Assembly (NCBI GenBank): GCA_029259155.1
Contig: JAPDJI010000017.1
Location: 32,001-96,000 of the forward strand
Length of the DNA stretch: 64,000 nt
Source: Candidatus Methanomethylicia archaeon
Lineage (GTDB): Archaea > Thermoproteota > Methanomethylicia > Nezhaarchaeales > B40-G2
Reading direction: 5' to 3'
The translations under genes were made by a program, and so were the position numbers. Shown one piece after another: positions 9,757-18,006 of this stretch (position 1 is its first letter; the number at the start of each line of letters is the position of its first letter). Under the pieces are notes generated by a model, which was not told where the DNA came from, did not search any database, and worked only from the letters and a program-made list of their open reading frames with translations.

Positions 9757-9886
9757 GATTTTTCTCATCAGTAATCCTGAAGGCTACTTTTAAAGGGTTA
9801 TAGAAGGAGGAGTCGGTCCATTTTTTAGCTAGCATTTGCTCCAGCTTTCTTAATCTAAGTAGTTATGTTATCGTATCCACCTGGGC

Positions 9887-10615
9887 TTAACCATGACATA
9901 CCAGGCCTCTTCTTCTAGCTTCTTCCACGTCTATCAATCCGGTATGTAGCGCTGTGGCTATGAGCACTCCGGTTATACCTAGATCTCTAAGCCTCTGTGA
10001 ATCCTCCAAGCTACGTACTCCTCCTACCAGTAGACTGAGCTTCGACCTCTCCTTGATCCTTTTTATTAACTCCAAATCGACACCCTTAAGCGTACCTACA
10101 TTATCTAAGCTAAGCAGGATAGCCTCGCGTACCCCAGCCTTCTCAGCTTCAAGGGCAGCTTCAAGAGGATCGCTTACTTCCTCAATTTTAGAGAGTAGCT
10201 TACCTCCATAAAGGTCCAAGCTTAAGACCACATTGCTAGCTCCTACCTCCCTAACTATATCACGTAGGGCTTTGAAGCTGGTTAAGGTCTCTGTTCCAAC
10301 AACCACTACTACCCCTGTCTCCATAAGCCTCCTCGCCGTTGCAGCGTTATTGACCCCGGCATCTATCATCGCCCTCAGCCCAAGCTCGCTAAGCTCGGTG
10401 TAAAGCTTCAGGTTGAGTCTTGTTCCAGCGATGGCATCGAGGTCAGCTACGTAGAGCTCCTTCACCTTCAGGGCTTCTTTATACGCTTTAGCTACCTCTA
10501 AAGGGTTAGTGGATGAACATATGAGGCTTTTCAGAGGTTTGTAAAGTTCACGTTTACCTTGGACTGCATGTACAGCTATACCTCCCTTGATATCCAATAC
10601 AGGTATGAGCCTCAA
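9887..10615 (-). CDS. HisA/HisF-related TIM-barrel protein of the type found with methanofuran/H4MPT genes
   Basis: IPVLDIKGGIAVHAVQG.RE.YKP, LYVADLDAI, DAGV, GTET and VGT..G motifs. Confidence 0.85.
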   Translation of the reverse strand: MRLIPVLDIKGGIAVHAVQGKRELYKPLKSLICSSTNPLEVAKAYKEALKVKELYVADLDAIAGTRLNLKLYTELSELGLRAMIDAGVNNAATARRLMETGVVVVVGTETLTSFKALRDIVREVGASNVVLSLDLYGGKLLSKIEEVSDPLEAALEAEKAGVREAILLSLDNVGTLKGVDLELIKRIKERSKLSLLVGGVRSLEDSQRLRDLGITGVLIATALHTGLIDVEEARRRGLVCHG

Positions 10616-12069
10616 ACTTCACTCATCCCCTCCAGCAGTTTTCTTCCTTTTTCCGTAAGGTCGTAGAGCCTCCTCCACCTTCCCTTAACCACCTCTACCC
10701 CAGCCTCTCTAATGAATCCCAACTCTTTTAACTCCTCAAGGTGTTGATAGAGGCTAGGCAACTTCAGGGATATACCACGCTCCTTTTCAAGCAGCGCTCT
10801 AAGTCCATAGCCATGTAGCGTACCATTCGAGAGTATCTTCAATATCTCTAGCTTAGCTTTCCCGAGCTTTGAATGAGGTTTAATGCTTACTATGAAGCTT
10901 CCTACCTTAAGTTTGTCTTCAGCTAAGCTAAGGACAGCTTTAGGATCCTTCAATCCTTCCCCAGTAATTATACATACTATTTTCTCCCCACGATCTATCT
11001 CTCCTTCACTGAGGAGTTTCAGAAGCCCTGCCACTGTAGAGCTAGCGGCAGGCTCCGAAAAGACCCCTTCAAGCCTAGCTAAGAGTTTCATGGCTTCCAA
11101 GGCTTCCTGATCTGATACAGCTATAGCGGCTCCACGGCTTTCTTTCATGGCTTTTAAGGCTTCATTCCCGTAGGGAGGCTCCTTCATACCTATGTCAAGG
11201 ATACCTGTTTCAGCCTTATCGATAGGCTCCACTTCGCTCTTTCCTTCCTTGAACGATTTAACTATCGGGGCACATCCTTCAGGTTGAACTCCTATTATTC
11301 TCGTCTTAGCTCTGTCTATGATCCCTAAGACCTCCATCTCTTTCAAGGCTTTCCAAGCCATAGATAAGTGCCCTCCACTTCCCATTGGGATGACTAGAAC
11401 GTCGGGGGCGTCCCAGTTAAGCTGGTCACATATCTCCCAGGCCGTGATCTTCACGCCTTCAAGAAAGAAGGGGTCTATGGAGGAGGCTAAATACCCTGTA
11501 TTCTCCATCCTAGCCTTCATGTCAGCCTCCTCTAAGTCTTTCGTTAACCTTAAGTCCGCACCGTAAGCCGTCATCTGGTAGAGTTTACCTAGATCAAGTT
11601 TCGAAGGAGCGTAGACTATGCATTTAATCCCGGCCTTAGCGGCGTAGGCAGCTAGAGAGGCTCCTAAGTTACCGGCGGAAGCACATGTTAAGGTTTCAGC
11701 TTTAAGCCAAAGCGCTCTTGTAACAAGCACTGAAGCGCCGCGGTCTAGGAAGGAACCTGTGGGATTAGTGGTTTCATCCTTCACGTAAAGCTCCTTAACC
11801 CTTAGTCTTTCAGCTAGTTTGAAGCTTCTATGTAGATATGTCCCCCCTTCACCTAGCGACACTATCCTCCAACTTGGAAGTACAGGTAATACTTCATAGT
11901 ACCTCCATAAGTTGAACCCTCTCGAACGTAATGTGTCGCGACTTACTTTACCCCTAACCTCTTCATAGTCATAAACTACGTTTAACTTTCCCCTACATAT
12001 AGGGCACGTAATGAATGGCTGCTCTAGAGCATAGTTCTTTAGGCATGTGGGACACTTAAGGCTAGGCAC
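10612..12069 (-). CDS. Threonine-synthase-like (fold type II) protein lacking the catalytic Lys, fused to a C-terminal PadR-type wHTH; putative transcription regulator
   Basis: Zn ribbon, LGEGGT, NPTGSFLDRG (Leu codon CTA at the Lys position) and TGEGLKDP, then ILKILSNGTLHGYGL..SLYQHLEEL..G..RRLYDLTEKG. Confidence 0.85.
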   Translation of the reverse strand: MPSLKCPTCLKNYALEQPFITCPICRGKLNVVYDYEEVRGKVSRDTLRSRGFNLWRYYEVLPVLPSWRIVSLGEGGTYLHRSFKLAERLRVKELYVKDETTNPTGSFLDRGASVLVTRALWLKAETLTCASAGNLGASLAAYAAKAGIKCIVYAPSKLDLGKLYQMTAYGADLRLTKDLEEADMKARMENTGYLASSIDPFFLEGVKITAWEICDQLNWDAPDVLVIPMGSGGHLSMAWKALKEMEVLGIIDRAKTRIIGVQPEGCAPIVKSFKEGKSEVEPIDKAETGILDIGMKEPPYGNEALKAMKESRGAAIAVSDQEALEAMKLLARLEGVFSEPAASSTVAGLLKLLSEGEIDRGEKIVCIITGEGLKDPKAVLSLAEDKLKVGSFIVSIKPHSKLGKAKLEILKILSNGTLHGYGLRALLEKERGISLKLPSLYQHLEELKELGFIREAGVEVVKGRWRRLYDLTEKGRKLLEGMSEV

Positions 12070-12070
12070 A

Positions 12071-12098
12071 AGCCTATATATAGGCTAAAACTTAAATA
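12071..12098. promoter_or_regulatory. Perfect 16-bp palindrome AGCCTATATATAGGCT beside a shared TATA element of a divergent promoter
   Basis: Palindrome at 12071-12086; CTTAAATA at 12091-12098 lies about 22-25 nt from both start codons (12069 on -, 12123 on +). Confidence 0.6.
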
Positions 12099-12122
12099 TG
12101 TTTCTCGGGCCTACATCGCAAT

Positions 12123-12866
12123 ATGTCTAAGGCCGAGCAGATCAGCTTAACAGGGCTTTTTACCGCTCTCGTATGTGCCTTCACCATCTCCTTTCAGCTC
12201 TACATTCCGGCTACTCGAGGCTACTTCAACATAGGTGAGGTCATGGTCTATACCGCCGCTCTCATAGGAGGGCCGTTGATAGGCGGCTTTGCTGGTGGAG
12301 TAGGTTCAATGTTAGCTGACGTGTTAACAGGCTATGCCCACTATGCTCCAGCTACCTTAGTAATCAAAGGAGTGGAAGGTTGCCTTGTAGGCTGGCTATG
12401 TAGGGTCAAGCTTTTTAAGGATCCTAAAGCTTGGAGGGCGCTTTCATTAAGCTCAGCCTTTTTCGTAGGTTTCTTGTTGTTAGCCATAGCTCCTTATTAT
12501 GTTGGTGAAGCTGAGGCTACACTAGGTCCTTCTGCAATAACCTTGGCTGGCTATGAGCTAACTCTACCATCATTAACCTTGAGCTTTGCACTTCCGAGTT
12601 TTATATGGCCTATCTTGGCCGTTGCAGCTTTCACCGGTATAGCTTACGTAGGGCTTAAGGCTTCTCCTGAGCTTGGATGGACGGTGCTCTCTGTGGCGGC
12701 AGGGGGGATATTGATGGTAATAGGCTATTACCTATATGAGCAGCTCTTTATGGGTGTAGCTGCGCTGGCTGAGGTACCCTTTAACACAGCTCAGTTCCTC
12801 ATAGGCCTTCTAGTTTCAGTTCCCCTATACAAGAGTCTTAAGAGAGCCTTACCAGGTTTGTTTTAA
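12123..12866 (+). CDS. ECF transporter S component (PdxU2/HmpT-like)
   Basis: Polytopic membrane protein with IPATRGYFNIGE..GGVGSMLADVLTGY.HYAPATLVIKGVEG. Confidence 0.85.
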   Translation: MSKAEQISLTGLFTALVCAFTISFQLYIPATRGYFNIGEVMVYTAALIGGPLIGGFAGGVGSMLADVLTGYAHYAPATLVIKGVEGCLVGWLCRVKLFKDPKAWRALSLSSAFFVGFLLLAIAPYYVGEAEATLGPSAITLAGYELTLPSLTLSFALPSFIWPILAVAAFTGIAYVGLKASPELGWTVLSVAAGGILMVIGYYLYEQLFMGVAALAEVPFNTAQFLIGLLVSVPLYKSLKRALPGLF

Positions 12867-12901
12867 GGAAAATCCTTAAATAAACCTTCATATCCTGCCC
12901 A

Positions 12902-12986
12902 GATAGCGGCCGGTTTTGGGATAAGCGCAGCCATCGTTCTGCGCCTCCTTTTAACTGGCCAGCTACGTAAAGGAGGTAAAGGAAGA
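12902..12986 (+). promoter_or_regulatory. Structured 5' leader of the TRAM gene
   Basis: TATA-like TTAAATAA at 12876; stems 12904-12915/12953-12965 and 12925-12930/12939-12944; anti-SD at 12944-12951. Confidence 0.55.
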
Positions 12987-13202
12987 ATGTATGGTAGAAG
13001 GGAACCCCGCTACGCGCGCAAGCCCGTTAGCTTAGGCGGCGAGTACGACGTGGAGATAACAGAGGTTAGCAGAAGAGGCGACGGTTTAGCTAGAGTGCAA
13101 GGCTTTGTGGTCTTCGTGCCTGGAGCTAGACCTGGACAGCGAATAAAGGTTAGGGTTACTAAGATGGGCAACCGGTACGCGGTAGCGGAGATGGTTCGGT
13201 GA
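12987..13202 (+). CDS. Stand-alone TRAM-domain RNA-binding protein
   Basis: KPV..G.EYDVEI....RRGDGLARVQGFVVFVPGA..G with a strong SD (AGGAGGT). Confidence 0.92.
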   Translation: MYGRREPRYARKPVSLGGEYDVEITEVSRRGDGLARVQGFVVFVPGARPGQRIKVRVTKMGNRYAVAEMVR

Positions 13203-13302
13203 AGTGGGGTTAAGGCATAAGCTTTCCATGTAACCTTAAAAGCCTAGTCTTGTTTTTTATGCATGACCTCCTTAAGCCCTAGGGCCTAGGAGGTTTCAGC
13301 TA

Positions 13303-14016
13303 TTGAAGCTCCTCATCAGCGTAGTGGATGCCCAGGAGGCTAAGGAAGCCTTCCTAGGGGGTGCTGACATCGTAGATGTTAAAAGGCCTTCTGAAGGCTC
13401 CTTGGGGGCTTGCCCCCCAAACATCATAAGGAGTGTTAGGGAGGCTCTTCCTCAAAAGGTTGAAGTTAGCGCAGCAGTAGGTGATGTACCAGACCTACCT
13501 GGCACGGTTTCGTTGGCAGCATTAGGTGCCGCGGTAAGTGGTGTGGATTACGTCAAGGTTGGTGTTTATGGACCTAAATCTCTTGAGAGAGCCGTGGTAT
13601 TGCTTAAGGAGGTTAAGGAGGCTGTTAAGTCTTACGATAGCTCGATCAAAGTGGTGGCAGCGAGCTATGCTGACTACGGGAGGGCAGGGTGCCTTGAACC
13701 AAACATGGTGTTGGAGGCAGCCCGTAAAGCGGAGGTGGATGTATGGATGATCGACACTAAGGTGAAGGATGGTTCCCCTCTTCTAAGCTTCTTATCACCT
13801 AGCAGCTTAATATCGCTGATCGAAAGGGCTCACGGCTACGGTATGATAGCTGCAGTGGCTGGGTCCTTGAAGCTTGACGATCTTGAAGCTATTGGTTCAT
13901 TGGGAGCTGATGTAGTTGGTTTTCGAGGGGCAGCGTGTGGAGGAGATAGAGTAAAGGGTAGGGTTAGGAGAGAGTTTGTGGAGGAGTTAAAGAGGAGGCT
14001 TAGCTTAGTAAGGTAG
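13303..14016 (+). CDS. mfnB: (5-formylfuran-3-yl)methyl phosphate synthase
   Basis: LLISV, GADIVDVK.PSEGSLGA, DYVKVG, MIDTKVKDG and GFRGAACGGDR. Confidence 0.92.
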   Translation: MKLLISVVDAQEAKEAFLGGADIVDVKRPSEGSLGACPPNIIRSVREALPQKVEVSAAVGDVPDLPGTVSLAALGAAVSGVDYVKVGVYGPKSLERAVVLLKEVKEAVKSYDSSIKVVAASYADYGRAGCLEPNMVLEAARKAEVDVWMIDTKVKDGSPLLSFLSPSSLISLIERAHGYGMIAAVAGSLKLDDLEAIGSLGADVVGFRGAACGGDRVKGRVRREFVEELKRRLSLVR

Positions 14017-14832
14017 GTGACTTTGGAGTTTTCGAGTAAGGCCAAGAAGCCCAAGAGTTTTAAGGACCATGAACTCTTTTCCCAACTAAAGATACCTCCA
14101 GGGGTTTTCTTCGTAATTAGGTGTGATGGTAGATCGTTCAAGGAGGTCTGCAGTAAGGTGGGGTTTAAGAAGCCTTTCGATAAAGCCTTTGCCGAACTGA
14201 TGGTTTCCTCGAGCAAAGCGGTGTTTGAGGGAGGTCTCAACCCTCTTTTCACCTTCATTCATTCCGATGAAGCTAGCTTCCTCTTTAACGGCGAATCTAC
14301 CTTTAAGCGTAGAGTAGAGAAGCTGCTATCCATCGTCCCTAGCCTTATGAGCAGTAAGGCTTCCCTAGGCCTTCACTCAATTTTCAACTATAATGGCCCT
14401 GTTTCCTTCGACGCTAGAGTGGTTCTGCTCGATAAAGCTGAGATAGCCGATTACTTTGCTTGGAGGCAGATGGAGGCTTGGAGAAACCACATCAATTCCT
14501 ATGCTTACTACACTCTACTCTCTAAGGGTTTAACTCCACGTGAAGCTTCACTTAAGCTAAAGGGGTTGAAGGCTCCTCAACTACATGAGCTGGTATTTAA
14601 AGAAGCTGGCGTAAACCTGGCTACCACCCCGCCTTGGCAGAGGAGAGGAATAGCCCTCATATGGGAGGAAGAAGTTAAGGAGGGCTTCGACCCGGTTAAA
14701 GGGGCTAAGGTAAAGGCTTTAAGACTACAGTTGAAGGAGGACTGGAGCCCTCCTATCTTTGCCAGTTCTGAGGGAAGGGGCTACATCGAGAGGTCTATGG
14801 AAGCTAGGCTTAGGGGAGTTACTCGGCCGTAA
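14017..14832 (+). CDS. thg1: tRNA(His) guanylyltransferase Thg1-family protein
   Basis: IRCDGRSF, SDEASF, FDAR and YFAWRQ.EAWRNH; no internal stop codon. Confidence 0.92.
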   Translation: MTLEFSSKAKKPKSFKDHELFSQLKIPPGVFFVIRCDGRSFKEVCSKVGFKKPFDKAFAELMVSSSKAVFEGGLNPLFTFIHSDEASFLFNGESTFKRRVEKLLSIVPSLMSSKASLGLHSIFNYNGPVSFDARVVLLDKAEIADYFAWRQMEAWRNHINSYAYYTLLSKGLTPREASLKLKGLKAPQLHELVFKEAGVNLATTPPWQRRGIALIWEEEVKEGFDPVKGAKVKALRLQLKEDWSPPIFASSEGRGYIERSMEARLRGVTRP

Positions 14833-14836
14833 TGGG

Positions 14837-15481
14837 TCACCGAGGATCAATCCTTGTACAAGGTACTTTCTCGCCTCGAAGCAGCTTAGTTAGATAGTTT
14901 TCTGTAAGCCCATTAACTAGGTAGCAGGTTATACCAGCTCTCAATATTATCTTAGGCGCTACGCTATCTATGCATGTAGGCTTTGAAGACTGAAGCAGTC
15001 TTGAAGCCTCGATGCTCTCGATGAGGCGCCCCTCATCATTCAATAAACCATCCACGTCCTTGACCAACACGAGTAAGCCTACACCCAGCCTTTCAGCTAA
15101 CCTCGCGGCTACGGCATCTCCCGTGGTTTCCCATGAAGCCGGTAGGGCATCATCGTCCTTCACCTCCCTGAACGGGAGGAGGATGCATGATTCTTCTTTC
15201 ACTTCGCCGAGTTTCTCCTTCACCTTCATGTTCGGCATCAAGTCTGCCAGCAACATGCCGTACTGGTCCATGGACATTAAGGCCATGATGTGAGAGGCTT
15301 TAGATGATAGCTTTAGTTCCTCATCTACCTTCCTCACCACGTCAGCGAAAACCCCTCCACCAGGTACTATTACGAACTTTAACCTACGTGAGGCCTCTTC
15401 AAGTTCGCGACAAAATCTCTTGAGGCCTCGAAGGTCTCTTAATAGGCTTCCTCCCACTTTCACTACGGCGTCTAAACCCAT
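14837..15481 (-). CDS. mfnE: Amino-acid-kinase family protein, [5-(aminomethyl)furan-3-yl]methyl phosphate kinase
   Basis: VVKVGGSL, VPGGGVFADVVR, SWETTGD and KDVDG; overlaps mfnF. Confidence 0.82.
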   Translation of the reverse strand: MGLDAVVKVGGSLLRDLRGLKRFCRELEEASRRLKFVIVPGGGVFADVVRKVDEELKLSSKASHIMALMSMDQYGMLLADLMPNMKVKEKLGEVKEESCILLPFREVKDDDALPASWETTGDAVAARLAERLGVGLLVLVKDVDGLLNDEGRLIESIEASRLLQSSKPTCIDSVAPKIILRAGITCYLVNGLTENYLTKLLRGEKVPCTRIDPR

Positions 15482-16548
15482 CCTTCCACTACCTCTAGGT
15501 GCTTAATATCCACCTCAATGCCGGTTGCCATGAGTCCGGCTCCCAGCGCGGGAACCATTCTAGAGGCAGCCCCTATTACTTCGCTTAAACTAAACACTCT
15601 CTCCACACCTATCTTCCTTAGAGCTGGCTCAGCAAGGAACTTTGCCCCTATGCCGGCGGTGTAAGCTGGTGGAGTGATGTTTTTCTCAGTTCTGAGCCTG
15701 CTGTATACTTGGAGTAAGCCTTCAGCAACTGCTTCAAGCTGTCTATGGTAAATGAAGCTAGCCATACTTATGACTTCTTCCTCGCTGATGAGCTCAAGGT
15801 CGGCGCAGACCACCCTAGCCAGCCTAGCGAGAGCTTCCCTCCTCGTAGCTTCTCTCCCGTCAGCAGTGTCCACCGTATATTCATGTTCTCTTATGTGACC
15901 TAAAATAAGATGTACATCACCTGAAGTAGCAAAGAGCTCAGAAGACACTCGAATTAATCCCCCTCTCAAGGGGACTTTGTCTACTATGGCCGCTACGTTA
16001 GTTCTTAAGGCACCTGTATACACCAGCTCTCCGCACATAAGCTTCTCAAGATCGTTAAGCCCTTTGACTGCCAGCTCACCTTCGATGACGGGGACGATGC
16101 TCGTGGTCGTGCTACCTACGTCTACTACTACGCAGGTTTTTTCAAGCTTAGAAGCCACCCAACCAGTCGCCGCCCAGTTAGCGGCAGCTACCTCTAAAGG
16201 ATGTTTCTTGGCATCTTCAACGCTTACAAGTTTCCCTTTAACGCTTACAACCTTCACCTCGGTGTCCTTAAAACATCTTTCCACAGTGTTGAGTACGTGA
16301 TGTACTCCTTCACGCTTACACCAATACACGTCTGAGAGCTCAGCAGTCATCGTAAGCCCTACAGCTTTAAGCTCACCAGCTTTAGAGGCGAGCTCATTTA
16401 AGGCCTCCATAAGCTTCTCTTTCCCCACTTTCCATAGGGGGAGGTACAGGCTCCGCGTATATGCCTTCGCTATTCCTTTACTTAGCTCTATGAGCACTGC
16501 TTTGAGATTAGCTCCTCCCACGTCTAGGCCTAGGTAGTTCACGTTCAC
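15472..16548 (-). CDS. mfnF: Hydantoinase A-like methanofuran biosynthesis enzyme
   Basis: GLDVGGANLK, TMTAELSD, AAANWAA, DVGSTTT, ELVYTGALRT and TADG. Confidence 0.88.
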   Translation of the reverse strand: MNVNYLGLDVGGANLKAVLIELSKGIAKAYTRSLYLPLWKVGKEKLMEALNELASKAGELKAVGLTMTAELSDVYWCKREGVHHVLNTVERCFKDTEVKVVSVKGKLVSVEDAKKHPLEVAAANWAATGWVASKLEKTCVVVDVGSTTTSIVPVIEGELAVKGLNDLEKLMCGELVYTGALRTNVAAIVDKVPLRGGLIRVSSELFATSGDVHLILGHIREHEYTVDTADGREATRREALARLARVVCADLELISEEEVISMASFIYHRQLEAVAEGLLQVYSRLRTEKNITPPAYTAGIGAKFLAEPALRKIGVERVFSLSEVIGAASRMVPALGAGLMATGIEVDIKHLEVVEGWV

Positions 16549-16556
16549 TCCCGCTT

Positions 16557-18005
16557 CTAAGCGGAGGCGTAGGAAGTTTTTAGCCTCTCAATCCTCTCCT
16601 TCAACATTTCATATACCATTTTAGGGTCAGTCCTCATTTTTGTTAGCTTCAATACGTGGCCTACAAGATGATGTATCACTTTCTCGTCTTTCATAGCGGC
16701 CTCTACATCCTCTTTTTCCTCCTCTAGTACGCGTTCCACGGCTTCCTCCAATACCGCGCTATCGGCTATCTTCTGTAAGCCTTCTTCATCAACCATCCTT
16801 CGAGGACTTCTACCGCTTACCACTATGTCTCTTAACATGTACTTAGCGGTCTTCTCGGTGACCACCCCTTCCTCGACCATGTTCACCAGCTCAGCCAAGT
16901 GGCTGGGAGTTATCTTAGATTCTGGAAGGTCGAGACCATAGTAATTCAACACACCCAATAAGGTGTGTACCACGAACTTAGCTGCTTTAACTGGGTCTTT
17001 ACACATGGAGGCTGCTTCCTCGAAGAAATCAGCGAGCGGCTTACTACTTACGAGAACCGCTGCTTCTGCCTCAGCTATGCCGTACTGCCTAGTAAGCCTA
17101 TCTTTCCTAGCGTCTGGCAGCTCAGGTAAAGTACGCTTGACAGCATCGATGAACTCTGGGGTCAGCTCTATCGGCACTAAGTCAGGCTCAGGGAAGTATC
17201 TATAGTCCATCTCCTCCTCCTTAACCCTAAGCGTTACCGTAACTCCTCTAACCTCATCCCAGTGCCTCGTTTCGCGCTCAATTTTACGCCCCATTTTCAT
17301 CAAGTTGCGCTGTCTAAGTAATTCAAAAGTTAAGGCGCGCTCCACTTCCTTAAAAGAAGAAATGTTCTTAACCTCTATCCTAGCACCTCCAGCCACGGAG
17401 ATGTTACTATCGCACCTCATGGCTCCTTCTAGGCTGCCGTCAAATACACCTAGGTGCTCGAGTATAGAGCGGAGTCTTTGGAGGAATAGCCTAGCTTCTT
17501 TTGGTGAGCTTAAGTCAGGCTCCGTCACTATCTCTATTAAAGCTACACCAGCTCGGTTGTAGTCTACGAGAGTGTAGGGAGATTCCGTGATACTCCCCTT
17601 ATAGACAAGTTTGCCTGGATCTTCCTCTAAGTGCACTCTTCTAATTCTGATCTCCTTTTTTCTTCCGCCAACATCTAAGTATACCTTTCCGTTAACCCCC
17701 ACGGGGTAGTCGTACTGAGAGATCTGAAAGTTCTTAGGCAGGTCAGGGTAAAAATAGTTTTTACGGTAAAACACGATGCGATTCGCTACTTGACAGTTTA
17801 GGGCAAGCGCTACCTTAACAGCCTCCTCCACCGCCTTCTTGTTCACTACGGGTAGAGATCCTGGTAAGCCGAGACACGTGGGACAGACATGAGTGTTGGG
17901 CTGCTTACCTCTATAGTCAGCCGGGCATGAGCAGAACAGCTTGGTCTTGAGGCTAGTGACTTGGCAGTGGACCTCTAAGCCTATCTTCACCTCTGGCTCT
18001 TCCAT
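16557..18005 (-). CDS. gatB: Asp-tRNA(Asn)/Glu-tRNA(Gln) amidotransferase subunit B
   Basis: IGLEVHCQ, RKNYFYPDLPKNFQISQY and YRYFPEPDL. Confidence 0.97.
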   Translation of the reverse strand: MEEPEVKIGLEVHCQVTSLKTKLFCSCPADYRGKQPNTHVCPTCLGLPGSLPVVNKKAVEEAVKVALALNCQVANRIVFYRKNYFYPDLPKNFQISQYDYPVGVNGKVYLDVGGRKKEIRIRRVHLEEDPGKLVYKGSITESPYTLVDYNRAGVALIEIVTEPDLSSPKEARLFLQRLRSILEHLGVFDGSLEGAMRCDSNISVAGGARIEVKNISSFKEVERALTFELLRQRNLMKMGRKIERETRHWDEVRGVTVTLRVKEEEMDYRYFPEPDLVPIELTPEFIDAVKRTLPELPDARKDRLTRQYGIAEAEAAVLVSSKPLADFFEEAASMCKDPVKAAKFVVHTLLGVLNYYGLDLPESKITPSHLAELVNMVEEGVVTEKTAKYMLRDIVVSGRSPRRMVDEEGLQKIADSAVLEEAVERVLEEEKEDVEAAMKDEKVIHHLVGHVLKLTKMRTDPKMVYEMLKERIERLKTSYASA

Positions 18006-18006
18006 G

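Noticed and set aside
9757-9886. Possible small gene or sRNA between convergent mfnD and the HisA-like gene
   Set aside because: Only short broken frames, and no complete C/D box set.
12098-12116. ATGT-N11-ACAT as a classical PadR box
   Set aside because: Spacer differs from the ATGT-N8-ACAT bacterial consensus, and 4-bp arms arise easily by chance.
14017-14832. Possible pyrrolysine read-through in thg1, as in some Methanosarcina
   Set aside because: No in-frame TAG in this gene, and no Sec/Pyl read-through candidate noticed elsewhere in the window.
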